From positions 1,216,001 to 1,280,000 of the forward strand of contig OY820591.1 in the NCBI GenBank assembly GCA_963555985.3: a DNA stretch of 64,000 nt, read 5' to 3'. Positions 1 to 9,295 of the stretch are shown here, piece by piece. The notes beneath the pieces are model-generated. The model made no database searches and was not told where the DNA came from. It saw only the letters and a program-made list of their open reading frames with translations. Source of the stretch: Dehalococcoidia bacterium. GTDB taxonomy: Bacteria; Chloroflexota; Dehalococcoidia; Bin125. Both the position numbers and the translations under genes were made by a program. Positions within the stretch are counted from its first letter, which is position 1. Every line of letters starts with the position of its first letter.

Positions 1-3000
1 CGCGTCGGCCCGACCGCGTCGATCTCGACCCAGAGCGCCTGACCGTACGCCAACGGCTCCGTCGCCGAGCGCGACTCCTCCACGTCGTACGTCCGACCGT
101 TCAGCTTCACCGACACGAGCGGCTCCGCCTTCATCCCGCGCAGCGGAGCGATGGCGTCCGTCAGCGGTTTGTCCGGCGTGCCCAGCCAGCAGACGAGGTT
201 GCGGCCGGGTTGCAGGTGGAATCCGACACCGCCGTAGGGCGCATCGGGCCAGTGGAGGGTTTGGCCGTTGCGGACGCGGACGTAGTAGGCGCGGCCCTGT
301 TCGAGTTGGTCGAGGGTGTTCGCTGAGGCGGAGATATCGGGCGAGTACATTTGCCACGATGCGGCGTCCGCGTCCCAGGCGTAGATGGCCTGGAGGCCGT
401 CAAGGTTGAGGTCTGCGATCGGTTGGGTGGCGTCGGTCCAACCTCGGAGATGGAGGCCCTGGCTCAGGGTTTCGCCCTGCGCCGGGTCGTGGATCGTGTA
501 GTAGGCGACAGTGCGGCGCTCAAGTTCGTCGGCGTTGGTGATCCGAACCGATCCGATGTAGAAGCCAGGTGCGAGCCAGAAGCCGAAATCGGCGCGTCCC
601 CAGAGTCGACCGCTGAACACTGCATCGCTCATCCGAATCGTCAATGTCTTCCATGTCCGATTACCGGTCTCCGCTCCACCCCAATGCCATACCGGCCGTT
701 CGGGATCATCGATCGTGTCGACCGTCACGTTCAGAGAGTCTCCTACGTCAGCAGCATCAAAGTACTCGATCTTCAACGTGACGTCGCCGCCCCCATCGGG
801 GACGATGCGACGGTCGACCCCAAAGGCGAACTGCCGCCACTGATCAACAGGCAGCGGGCGTCTTGCGGGTCTACCAAGATGTTCGAATGTCCCGACGGTT
901 TGATCTGGAATGGCCAGCTCGACGATGCCATCCTCTTCGTTCACCAGACCTAGGCGAATCTCCACAACGAACTCTTGCCGCTCCTTTTCGGTGACGAGCA
1001 CATTTTGGTAACTGAACGTGATACCGCCGGAGCGCACAATGCCTCCGCGGCTCCCGATCGAATCGCCCTTCCGATTAACGCCAGCGACTTGAACACTCGT
1101 GCCTTCCTCCCAGTCCGAAAGGCTCGCTATCACAATCGATGTGTCCGAACCCATCGGCTGGCGCACAACAACTCCGTTCGATTTCCGTTGCTCTATCAGA
1201 TAGTGCTCACCTGAGCTCAACACATGGCTGTTGAATCTCTGGAAGACACCCCCTGTGATCGATCCATCACTTAACATGGAGACGACTCCGCCTGGAACCA
1301 GTGTATGATCTCCTACATCAACTGGCCGCTCAGCCCAGTTCGCGGTGACTGTCGCATTGGCAAAGCGGCTAATCGTCATGCTGTTGAGATCACCTGACCA
1401 TTCGTACATTTGCTCATCAGCGTACGGACCCAGAACGTGGTACGCGAATGCAGTGACCACAGGGAGCCAGGGACTGTGATAAGCTTGCAGATCAAAGTTG
1501 AGTTGGTGTCCATAGGCGAGACTCCAACGCAGCATGTCTAGAGACTCCGTTACTTCTGGTCCACCTGTACCAGCGAGTTGCACTTGGTACAAGAGCACCT
1601 TGTCACGCACCATCATCGAAGAAAGTGGGTAGTACTCCCATACCACTTCACCCCATTGACGCTTCCAGTGCTGGTCCCAAGTCAACATCGTAGACATGAA
1701 GGCGACCACAGTCTCAGCGACGCGGTCGTCACCCGATTCAGTTGTGAGCATTTGCGATCGGTACTCTTTAGTGAAATCGAACCAGAGATCCGAATATGCA
1801 CGCGGCGAGGGTGACGATTCGGCGTAGTCCCAAATCCACGGACGTGCTCCAATCTGATCGAGGTAGATGAGATCAGATCGTTCTTGGTGATGGAGGTTCA
1901 TCAGATAGGCAAGGCGCTCTTGCGCACGCGAATCTGATGGTGAGATCACAACGCCTGGTTTGAAGTCGAAGAAGGTCTCCCGCACCGGATCCCAATAGGC
2001 ATATTCCTCTCGGCGAACTGTGCCATCCGGCTCAATCACGGCGAGATCTTCGAGCGTCGTGCCACGTTCTGATAGCCAAGTTTCTGAGGGAGTGCCCGGA
2101 TTCCACCAGGTCGGATTGATATAGGGCATGACCAAGTAGCCTTGGCGTTGGAGAGCCCCGAAAGTATCTCGGTACCCCTGTACTCCTCCTAGTCGCGGGT
2201 CTGGCGGCCACCAATCGGGGTTCTGGCGGTCGAACTCCAACTCAGTGAAAGCGGGATTTTGCAAGATCCCCGGTGCTGCGAGGTCATTGATTGCGTCTGC
2301 GTATTCCGCAAAAGTCTGAAATCGCGCCCAATCGACGGCATGTAAGCCGTGCATGGCGAACTGCGGTGATCGAAGAAGCACGCCGTGCAAGTCGCCGAGC
2401 TTCTCTTCGAGACTGGGGTATGTGTCGATCAAGTTTACCCTGCGGTAGTCGGCAATCACGGCTGGTAGCAGTTCACCGATACTAATCCGCACGCTAGGTG
2501 TCTGGAACGACCCTGGCGCTTCCGCGCCGACGGAGAAAACGTGCTCGCGGATCGTTGCAGCCGGACGAGATTGCCATAGGGCGCGATACCCAGATTGGAT
2601 TGGAGCACGCGGGCCGGGTGAAATCGCGTAGGTTGCCAAGCTTCCAGCGTCACAATCCACCCATGTGAGGTCGCCGCATTGAGTCCCACCCGGATAGGTG
2701 TCAGTGTAATGGTGGTTGTCAAGCTCGAAGAAGGAGCGTTGCAACAATGTGCCCGGTAATTTCGTGATTAGGGCTTGCTTGATATTGGCCACAGTGAAAC
2801 GGAGGTGGTTCGGAAAGGAGAGCCCGTCCAGACGCGGACCTTGCTCATGCTGTACACGAGCTGTTAGATCAAACCACGGAGAATCGCTGGTTTCGATGTC
2901 GACCCGCACACTGAGTCGTACTATTTCGCCGTGAAAATCCCAATTCATGCTGAGGTGAGCTTGGCCGTCCCAGTTGGCGCGAAAGTTCGCCTGTTGCACT

Positions 3001-3320
3001 CTGCTGCTACCGATCCGCTGTGGCTCGGCGCTAAAATATGCTGCCCACAGCGACCTGTCCGCGTTGCCCTCCGAGACTACGCCGCCGCCGCGTTTGTCGT
3101 AGATTCTGGTGATGGCTCCGTTTCGACGATCGAAGTCCACCTCGTAGTAGCGGTTGCCCAGCGTTAGCTTCGAGGCGGACTCTCTGAAGTAGGGAGCGTC
3201 GTGCGTTTGCTCTTCTTGCGCGCTGCTCCGTTTGCCGCCGAGGCCGAGCGCGGAGAGAGCGGCGCCGACGCCGAGCCGGGCGGCGGTTTGGAGGAGGCGG
3301 CGTCGGCTGAGCTTGGGCAT
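1..3320 (-). CDS. Large Tat-exported putative glycoside hydrolase-like surface protein (DUF6259-like core), 3'-truncated by window edge, >1106 aa
   Basis: Manual translation: no stop in this minus frame from ATG at 3320 to position 1 (absent from the ORF track because it lacks a stop). N-terminus MPKLSRRRLLQTAARLGVGAALSALGL is a twin-arginine signal; core has PDWWPPDPRLGG, GYLVMPYINPTWW, IYLDQIGA; distal part has AIYAWDADAASWQMYSP. Confidence 0.85.
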   Translation of the reverse strand, partial: MPKLSRRRLLQTAARLGVGAALSALGLGGKRSSAQEEQTHDAPYFRESASKLTLGNRYYEVDFDRRNGAITRIYDKRGGGVVSEGNADRSLWAAYFSAEPQRIGSSRVQQANFRANWDGQAHLSMNWDFHGEIVRLSVRVDIETSDSPWFDLTARVQHEQGPRLDGLSFPNHLRFTVANIKQALITKLPGTLLQRSFFELDNHHYTDTYPGGTQCGDLTWVDCDAGSLATYAISPGPRAPIQSGYRALWQSRPAATIREHVFSVGAEAPGSFQTPSVRISIGELLPAVIADYRRVNLIDTYPSLEEKLGDLHGVLLRSPQFAMHGLHAVDWARFQTFAEYADAINDLAAPGILQNPAFTELEFDRQNPDWWPPDPRLGGVQGYRDTFGALQRQGYLVMPYINPTWWNPGTPSETWLSERGTTLEDLAVIEPDGTVRREEYAYWDPVRETFFDFKPGVVISPSDSRAQERLAYLMNLHHQERSDLIYLDQIGARPWIWDYAESSPSPRAYSDLWFDFTKEYRSQMLTTESGDDRVAETVVAFMSTMLTWDQHWKRQWGEVVWEYYPLSSMMVRDKVLLYQVQLAGTGGPEVTESLDMLRWSLAYGHQLNFDLQAYHSPWLPVVTAFAYHVLGPYADEQMYEWSGDLNSMTISRFANATVTANWAERPVDVGDHTLVPGGVVSMLSDGSITGGVFQRFNSHVLSSGEHYLIEQRKSNGVVVRQPMGSDTSIVIASLSDWEEGTSVQVAGVNRKGDSIGSRGGIVRSGGITFSYQNVLVTEKERQEFVVEIRLGLVNEEDGIVELAIPDQTVGTFEHLGRPARRPLPVDQWRQFAFGVDRRIVPDGGGDVTLKIEYFDAADVGDSLNVTVDTIDDPERPVWHWGGAETGNRTWKTLTIRMSDAVFSGRLWGRADFGFWLAPGFYIGSVRITNADELERRTVAYYTIHDPAQGETLSQGLHLRGWTDATQPIADLNLDGLQAIYAWDADAASWQMYSPDISASANTLDQLEQGRAYYVRVRNGQTLHWPDAPYGGVGFHLQPGRNLVCWLGTPDKPLTDAIAPLRGMKAEPLVSVKLNGRTYDVEESRSATEPLAYGQALWVEIDAVGPT

Positions 3321-3415
3321 GGCTGTCCGGTGAAAGAGGCTGTGGAGTTGGGCAAGGGGAGCGGATAGGATAGCCCGCGAGCGGGTGGACGCCGCCCTGC
3401 GATTGGGGGCTACTT

Positions 3416-4264
3416 GTGCTGACCGACGCGGATCGCGCCTTCTTCGATCAGAACGGTTATCTCGTCGTGCGGAACTTGATTCCGCCCGAGCTGGTGGCGC
3501 GCGTAACGGACGCCATCTGGGACTTCCTCGAATTCGACCGCGACGATCCCTCCAACTGGTACCGCGAACCGCACCGCGCCAACGGCATGATCGAGATGTA
3601 CCACCATCAAGCGCTCTGGGACGTGCGTCAGCATCCGCCGGTCTACGAGCTCTTCCGCGATCTGTTCGGGCGCGACGACCTCTGGGTCTTCATCGACCGC
3701 GCCAACCTCAAACCGCCGCCCCATCCCGATCACCCTCAGTACGACCATCGCGGGATGGTGCATTGGGATATCGACGTGCGTCAGCAGCCCCTGCCCTTCC
3801 TTGTCCAGGGCGTGCTCTACCTCGTGGACACCAAAGCGGGCGAAGGCGGCTTTCAGTGCGTGCCGGGCGTCCACCGCTGGGTCTCCGACTGGGCGCAGGG
3901 ACGGCCGGATGACGACATTCGGCACCAGCAGTTGCAAGAGCGCTTTCCCGGTGAGATCGCGCCGGTCGTCGAGGTAGAGGCGAACGCGGGCGACTTCATC
4001 ATCTGGCACTCCGCGCTGCCGCACGGCAACAGCCGCAACAAGTCGGACAAGCCTCGCTTGGCGCAGTACGTGCGCTGCTTCCCGGCCGAACCGGGGAACC
4101 GCGCACTCCGCGAAGCGCGGATTCAGTCTTGGCGCGAACGCACCCACCCGGCCTTTCAAAATCCGCGCGCCTTTCCGGGCGACCCACGCAGCCGCGAAGC
4201 CGAATCCCCGGCGGCGGAACTGTCGCCGCTCGGACGTCGCTTGCTCGGCCTGAAGGACTGGTAG
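3416..4264 (+). CDS. Phytanoyl-CoA dioxygenase (PhyH) family Fe(II)/2OG dioxygenase
   Basis: FFDQNGYLVV N-terminus, HWD (HxD) motif, AGDFIIWHSALPHG, distal Arg. Confidence 0.9.
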   Translation: MLTDADRAFFDQNGYLVVRNLIPPELVARVTDAIWDFLEFDRDDPSNWYREPHRANGMIEMYHHQALWDVRQHPPVYELFRDLFGRDDLWVFIDRANLKPPPHPDHPQYDHRGMVHWDIDVRQQPLPFLVQGVLYLVDTKAGEGGFQCVPGVHRWVSDWAQGRPDDDIRHQQLQERFPGEIAPVVEVEANAGDFIIWHSALPHGNSRNKSDKPRLAQYVRCFPAEPGNRALREARIQSWRERTHPAFQNPRAFPGDPRSREAESPAAELSPLGRRLLGLKDW

Positions 4265-4277
4265 GCAAAGCGCTTGA

Positions 4278-4306
4278 TTGCGCTTTCGCAGTTGCCGCTA
4301 CATAAT
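4278..4306 (+). promoter_or_regulatory. Candidate sigma70 promoter
   Basis: TTGCGC-N17-CATAAT upstream of the 4381 CDS. Confidence 0.4.
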
Positions 4307-4380
4307 CCAGCGAGCCGAGCTAGTGTCGCCCTCGCGAACACGCGCCCGGAACGGCTCGGCGTCCGCCGCCATGACTGTGG

Positions 4381-5340
4381 TTGAGGGGCGACGGGCAACA
4401 AGCCAAGCTGCCGATGCTGATCGTTGAGTTCCTGCTGGTTGTCGCGCTGATCGGCGCTGAGGCTGCCGCCGAGCCTCCGCCGGTGGTGCAGGCGCTCTAT
4501 CTGGGGCCGAGAATCCTGGACATGCGCGGGGAAGTGGATGCGGAGGTGCAGGAGCGAGTCTTCCGCTTTGCCGAGCAGGGTCTGATCAACGGAATCGTCC
4601 TGGATATCAAGCACGAGGACGGGCGGGTGTTGAGTCTGGCCGCGACGGAGCGGGCGCGGCGGTATGGGGCGGTCAAAGGCCAGGCGGGAGCAGGCGTGAT
4701 CGAGTTTCTGGAGGAGGCTCGGCGGCGAGGGATTTGGCTGATCGGACGGGTGACGGCGTTCAAAGACATCGTTGCCTATCACCACGTCGAACCTCACCAG
4801 CGTCTGTCTCGGGAGGATTGTGATTGGCGTACCTGCTGGCTGGCGCCGCATTCCCGCTCGGCGCGCGAATACGTGATTGAGATCGCCACCGCGGCAGCGC
4901 CCTACTTTGACGAGATCATGTTCGACTATGTGCGCTACCCGGATGACCACATCTTTGCTTCCGCGAGCCGGCGCGAGGCGGCGGTGACGGCGTTTGCGCG
5001 TGAGGCTTGCGCTGCAATTCGTGAAGTTGGAGCGCAGGTGTCGTTCGCAGTGTTCGCGGGGGTGGCGGTCTGGCGGGGCGAACAGGGAATTGGCCAGACG
5101 GCGACGATGCCGGGCTGCGCGGACACGGTCTCGCCGATGGTCTATCCGTCTCACGAGGGTGTGGAACGGTTGGGAGTGGATCGCTTGGTGGCTGCGGCGG
5201 CGGAACGTTGGGGCGGACACCGGCTGCGGCCCTGGTACGAGTTTCACAACCATGGCCGCCAGATCTCAAGCGGCGAGCCGTATGCGGAGGCAGGCTGGCT
5301 CATCTGGGATCCGAAAGGGTATGCGCTGGAGCAGTGGTGA
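4381..5340 (+). CDS. Putative exported glycoside hydrolase (DUF4015-like); start may be a later ATG (MLIVEF)
   Basis: Signal-like hydrophobic stretch; NGIVLDIK, IGRVTAFKD, FDEIMFDYVRYP, SPMVYPSH, LRPW motifs. Confidence 0.75.
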   Translation: MRGDGQQAKLPMLIVEFLLVVALIGAEAAAEPPPVVQALYLGPRILDMRGEVDAEVQERVFRFAEQGLINGIVLDIKHEDGRVLSLAATERARRYGAVKGQAGAGVIEFLEEARRRGIWLIGRVTAFKDIVAYHHVEPHQRLSREDCDWRTCWLAPHSRSAREYVIEIATAAAPYFDEIMFDYVRYPDDHIFASASRREAAVTAFAREACAAIREVGAQVSFAVFAGVAVWRGEQGIGQTATMPGCADTVSPMVYPSHEGVERLGVDRLVAAAAERWGGHRLRPWYEFHNHGRQISSGEPYAEAGWLIWDPKGYALEQW

Positions 5341-5352
5341 GCGCGGATCGGC

Positions 5353-6288
5353 TCAGGCTTCGTCGGCGCGGGGCCACTGCACGATGGCGCTGCCCGCCAC
5401 CAGCAAGGCGACGCCCAGGGCCAGTTCGGGACCGACTGATTCGCCCAGGATGAGCCAGCTCCAGATCACGCCGAAGATCGGCGCCATCAGCATGGTCGCC
5501 GCCACGCGCGAGGGCAGGTAGCGCTGGAGCAGCCAGACGTTGCCGATGAAGCCGAACCCCCCGATCACGACGCCTTGATAGAGCAACGCAGCGAGGAACT
5601 CCGGGGACCAGACCGGCCCCGATTCCAGCAACCATCCCGCGAGCCCGAAGACGATCACGCTCCAAACCGACTGAGTCATCAAGAGCCGGGCCGGGTGGAT
5701 GCCCTGCGAGAAGTGCGAGAGGTAGATCTGCCGGGTGCCGAGCAGCATCGCCGAGGTGAGAGTCATCAGGTCTCCGCCCCAGCTTGCGCCCTCATCGGCG
5801 AGGCCGCCGGCGAAGACGACCACGACGCCGGAGTAGGCCAAGAGCAGGCCGCCGGTGCGGCCGCGGCTCATGCGGTCGCCGGGGACGAGGAAGTGTCCGA
5901 GGATCGCAGTCCAGAGTGGGAAGGTGAAGATCAGGACGGAAGCGTGTCCGGCGGTGGTGTGGTCGCCGCCGACGTACATGAGCATGGTCTGAACGACGAA
6001 GAGGACGCCGAGTCCGAACAGCGCGCGCCACTCTCGGCGCGGCGGCATGAGCGAGGTTCGGGTGACGATGGCGTAGAGGATCACGACCAGGCCGCCGAGC
6101 GTCATGCGCAGGGCGGAGAGTCGGAGCGGGCCGGCGTCGGCGAGACCGGCTTTGATGGCGACGGGCTGGCCGCCCCAAAGCATGACCAGCAACAGAGCGA
6201 ACGCGCCGGAGCGGAGCGTCAGCGGACGCCGGGCAGGCGCAGCGGGCGGCAGCAGCGTCGTCTGGGCGGCGCGGGGGCGTTGGGACAT
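5353..6288 (-). CDS. DMT/EamA family transporter
   Basis: About 10 TM segments, LWG near N-terminus, PIFGVIWSWLILGE near C-terminus. Confidence 0.9.
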   Translation of the reverse strand: MSQRPRAAQTTLLPPAAPARRPLTLRSGAFALLLVMLWGGQPVAIKAGLADAGPLRLSALRMTLGGLVVILYAIVTRTSLMPPRREWRALFGLGVLFVVQTMLMYVGGDHTTAGHASVLIFTFPLWTAILGHFLVPGDRMSRGRTGGLLLAYSGVVVVFAGGLADEGASWGGDLMTLTSAMLLGTRQIYLSHFSQGIHPARLLMTQSVWSVIVFGLAGWLLESGPVWSPEFLAALLYQGVVIGGFGFIGNVWLLQRYLPSRVAATMLMAPIFGVIWSWLILGESVGPELALGVALLVAGSAIVQWPRADEA

Positions 6289-6487
6289 TCCCGCAGGTTA
6301 GGCGGCGGGATCGATGGGCTTTAGGTTGGCGGGAGGCGAGCGCATTCGGGTTGGCGTGTTCGCAGTTCGGCGCTTGTCGGGTCTGCCTTCTCTGTCTCCG
6401 CGTGCGCAGGGGACAGGCCCCACGACAAGCGCGGGTATGACGAGTAACGGCATAGCGGGGGCGAGTGTGGCGGCTACGTATGGGTCT

Positions 6488-7843
6488 CTAGAAAGGGTGG
6501 GCGCGGACGGTGGTGATGGCGGCGAGATGGGTTCGGATTTGACGCCAGCTGTCGCCGGCGTCGGGGCTGGCGTAGAGTTCGCCGCCGCTGGAGCCGAGGT
6601 AGAGGCCGAGGGGATCGAGGCCGTCGGCGCCGAGGGCTTGGCGGTAGATCGTCTGGTGGAAGTCTTGCTGGGGCAGGCCGTCGCGGAGGGCTTGCCAGGA
6701 TTGGCCGGCGTCGCGGGTGCGGTAGACGGCGAGTTGGCCGCCTCGAGGCATTCGGGACTGATCGAAATCGAGCGGAACGAACCAGGCGGCGTCGGGGTCG
6801 TGCGGATCGATGGCGGCAGCGAAACCGAACTCGCCCGGGAGATCTTGTCCGACTTCGACCCAGGTGTGGCCGTCGTCGTCGGAGCGGTAGCGACCGAAGT
6901 GATTTTGTTGCCAGAGGCGTCCGCGCTGCTTGGGGTGGGCGAAGAGCGAGTGGACGCAGGGCGCGAAGTCTTGCAGTTCGGGGGGCATATGGTCGGAGCG
7001 GATGCCGTGGTTGCGCGGCTCCCAACTGCGTCCGGCGTCGTTGGAGGCGAAGACGCCGGTGGCGGAGCCGCCGACGATGATGCGCTCGGGGTCGTGGGGA
7101 TCGGCGGAGATGTGGTGGATCATGAGTCCGGCCGCGCCGGGCATCCAATGCTTGCTGTAGGGATGCTCGGCCAGGGCGGTGAGTTCTTGCCAGCTCGCGC
7201 CATGGTCATCAGAGCGGAACAATGCGGCGGGCATGACGCCGGCGTAGAGCGTGCCGTTCTGCGCGCCCGGCGTGATCGTCCAGACGACCTCCAGCGAGCG
7301 TTCGCCGTCGTCAAAGGCGGGTACCGGCGCTTCGTTCCAGGTTTGGCCGTGATCGTCGGAATAGTGCAGGCGGGGTCCCCACTGCATGTGGCTGACGGCG
7401 GCCCAGAGGCGTCCGCTGCGCTCGTCGCCGACGGCGTAATCGACCTGCCAGCCGGGGAACGCGAGAGGCAGCCACTGCCAGTCCGTTCGGCGCGGATCGC
7501 TACAACCGACGACCAGTCCTTTCTTGGTTCCCACGAGCAAGAGGACAGATCGGTCGGCGTCGGCGCTTGAGCCTCCTGAGACTGCGGGCAAGATATGGAG
7601 CCAATCACCGTCGGCGAGCGGATCGCTGAGACCGGCGCGATCGGCGACCTGTTCGTCGTTGATGAACAGATTGACGTGGGGGCGGAGGCGGTGGGCGTCG
7701 TCGAGGAGATAGGTGGACAGCTGCGGGTGAGCGTCGAGGAGCGCGTCCATCGCCTCGCGCGCGCTCGAACCGTGTACGCGGACCAGCTCAGGAGCTTGCA
7801 CGTGCGCGCGCAGCCCGCGAGCCAAGCGAATATCGATCGTCAT
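6488..7843 (-). CDS. MoaD/ThiS ubiquitin-like domain fused to BNR/WD40-like beta-propeller (exo-alpha-sialidase-like)
   Basis: N-terminal LRPHVNLFIN...LADGDWLHILPAVSGG, then LLVGTKKG and repeated Asp-boxes (SDDHGQTW, SDDHGASW, SNDAGRSW, SDDDGHTW, TRDAGQSW, SPDAGDSW). Confidence 0.85.
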   Translation of the reverse strand: MTIDIRLARGLRAHVQAPELVRVHGSSAREAMDALLDAHPQLSTYLLDDAHRLRPHVNLFINDEQVADRAGLSDPLADGDWLHILPAVSGGSSADADRSVLLLVGTKKGLVVGCSDPRRTDWQWLPLAFPGWQVDYAVGDERSGRLWAAVSHMQWGPRLHYSDDHGQTWNEAPVPAFDDGERSLEVVWTITPGAQNGTLYAGVMPAALFRSDDHGASWQELTALAEHPYSKHWMPGAAGLMIHHISADPHDPERIIVGGSATGVFASNDAGRSWEPRNHGIRSDHMPPELQDFAPCVHSLFAHPKQRGRLWQQNHFGRYRSDDDGHTWVEVGQDLPGEFGFAAAIDPHDPDAAWFVPLDFDQSRMPRGGQLAVYRTRDAGQSWQALRDGLPQQDFHQTIYRQALGADGLDPLGLYLGSSGGELYASPDAGDSWRQIRTHLAAITTVRAHPF

Positions 7844-7880
7844 CGTTGTTCCCTCCGCAGCGCGGCTACAGGATTGATAC

Positions 7881-7894
7881 AGAACACACGTACG
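7881..7894. promoter_or_regulatory. LexA/SOS-box-like palindrome
   Basis: AGAAC-ACAC-GTACG, one core mismatch to GAAC-N4-GTTC, about 38 nt upstream of the 7843 start. Confidence 0.4.
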
Positions 7895-7997
7895 CTCACT
7901 TTACCCGGCTGGATGGGCTTGTGCATGTCGGCACATCAACTCCACGTAACGCCTGGCGTCAGTGGCGCTGGGGATGTGTGGGGTGGATCGTGCGGCT

Positions 7998-8380
7998 TCC
8001 TCTGTCCCCTAGCGACGCAGGGGCAGGCACTACGTGACCTCTCCCTCCCCGCCTGCGGAGGCCCCCTGCCTGCGCAGGCGCAGGCTTTTGCAACAGTCTC
8101 TTGGGGGCGCGTTGGAGCTTGGTGGACCGGATCGCGCGATGTGAGGTCGGTGGTACGACCAGATATGGAAGCTGCTTCAGACTTGAGAGGTTCGAGATTC
8201 CCGCCTGCGCGGGAATGACGGAATTTGGGATTGCGCGCAGGTCTCTTCAAAGGGGGAGATCGATCATGGTTTGACTTAGGAGGTGAGACGTGGCGTAGTT
8301 AGGTAGCACGGCGGCGTTCTCACCCCCTCTGTCACTGTGTGACATCTCCCCCTCAAGGGGGAGAGCGATCATGGGGAGAG
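7998..8380. repeat. Cluster of nested palindromic repeats downstream of HTH gene 1
   Basis: CCTCTGTC..GACxTCTCCC hairpin family (7999-8046, 8321-8365), REP GAGATTCCCGCCTGCGCGGGAATGACG (8194-8220), CAGGC modules; 8128-8241 is a diverged direct repeat of 9296-9408. Confidence 0.85.
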
Positions 8381-8395
8381 GAGAGCGGAGGGTGG

Positions 8396-9202
8396 TTAGC
8401 CGGCGGCTGCGGTCTGGATTTGGATGTGCTCCTCCGACTGGCCCTGGAGCTGGGGGAAGCGGTCGACGACTTCGCTGAGCAGAGCGTCGTGTGCGGGCGG
8501 CTCGGGGAGTTGAACGGGGTTGGAAGGAATTTTTTCCTCGGGGGCCGGAATTTCGACGATCTCCCGCTCTGCGCTGGCGATCGTCGATTCGGGCTGTAAA
8601 GCTGTGGAAGGTTGGGGAGTTTCGGCCGGGGTTGGCGCCTCTTCAGCGTGGAGGTTGGGTTGGGCGGGTTGGGGAGATTCTGGAAGAATTTTTTCCTGCG
8701 GGGCCGGAATTTCGACGATCTCACGCTCTGCACTGGAGATCGTCGATTCGGGCTGTAAGGCTGTGGAAGGTTGGGGGGTATCGGCCGCGGTTTGGGCTTG
8801 CTCGGCTTGGAGGCCGGGTTGGTCGGGGCGCTGCGCGGCGCGGCGGTGGACCGCGCCGACGGTGCGCCGGATCTCGCGGACGAGGGCGGTCAGTTGCGCG
8901 TCCTGAGCGTCGCGGGCGCGGAGGTATTCGACCGGGGTGAGGCGGTCGGCGAGGCGCGCGACTTCGTCGCCGCGCGTGGCGAGGGCGAGCCGGAACTGGA
9001 GCAGTTGCAGGGATTCGAGCAGGAGATCGTCGGCGGCCGGGGCGGCGATGCTGCTCCAGTGGGCTTCGAGCAGGCGGAGGTCGTCGCGGACGGTGGTGTG
9101 GGAGAGGCCGAGTTGTTCGCCGATCTTGCGCAGGGAGTGGCCTTGCTGTTGGAGGTAGTGGACGCGGAGGGCGCGCCGTCGTCGGGCGGGCTGGATCTGC
9201 AT
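8396..9202 (-). CDS. Orphan HTH-domain protein with Pro/Glu-rich repeated C-terminal tail (paralog of 38465-39454)
   Basis: QGHSLRKIGEQLGLSHTTVRDDL helix-turn-helix; RBS AGAAAGGA 6 nt before ATG. Confidence 0.75.
   Translation of the reverse strand: MQIQPARRRRALRVHYLQQQGHSLRKIGEQLGLSHTTVRDDLRLLEAHWSSIAAPAADDLLLESLQLLQFRLALATRGDEVARLADRLTPVEYLRARDAQDAQLTALVREIRRTVGAVHRRAAQRPDQPGLQAEQAQTAADTPQPSTALQPESTISSAEREIVEIPAPQEKILPESPQPAQPNLHAEEAPTPAETPQPSTALQPESTIASAEREIVEIPAPEEKIPSNPVQLPEPPAHDALLSEVVDRFPQLQGQSEEHIQIQTAAAG
8527..8786. repeat. Intragenic direct repeat, about 100-nt units, period 159 nt (53 aa)
   Basis: 8527-8627 vs 8686-8786; both encode TPQPSTALQPESTI.SAEREIVEIPAP.EKI. Confidence 0.9.
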
Positions 9203-9220
9203 GGGTAGTCCTTTCTGAGT

Positions 9221-9246
9221 GATACATGGGTTCTGTGGCGACTATA
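9221..9246 (-). promoter_or_regulatory. -10 element plus LexA-like box of HTH gene 1
   Basis: Minus strand reads TATAGT-cgccac-AGAAC CCAT GTATC-actc-AGAAAGGA-ctaccc-ATG. Confidence 0.45.
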
Positions 9247-9295
9247 CTGAATTGGTGTTCGGGGTTGTGTATCGTGGTTTATGGAGGGGGAGGAG

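Noticed and set aside
351-3355. Short ORFs listed in the track across 351-3355
   Set aside because: Shadows of the single long minus-strand CDS 1-3320
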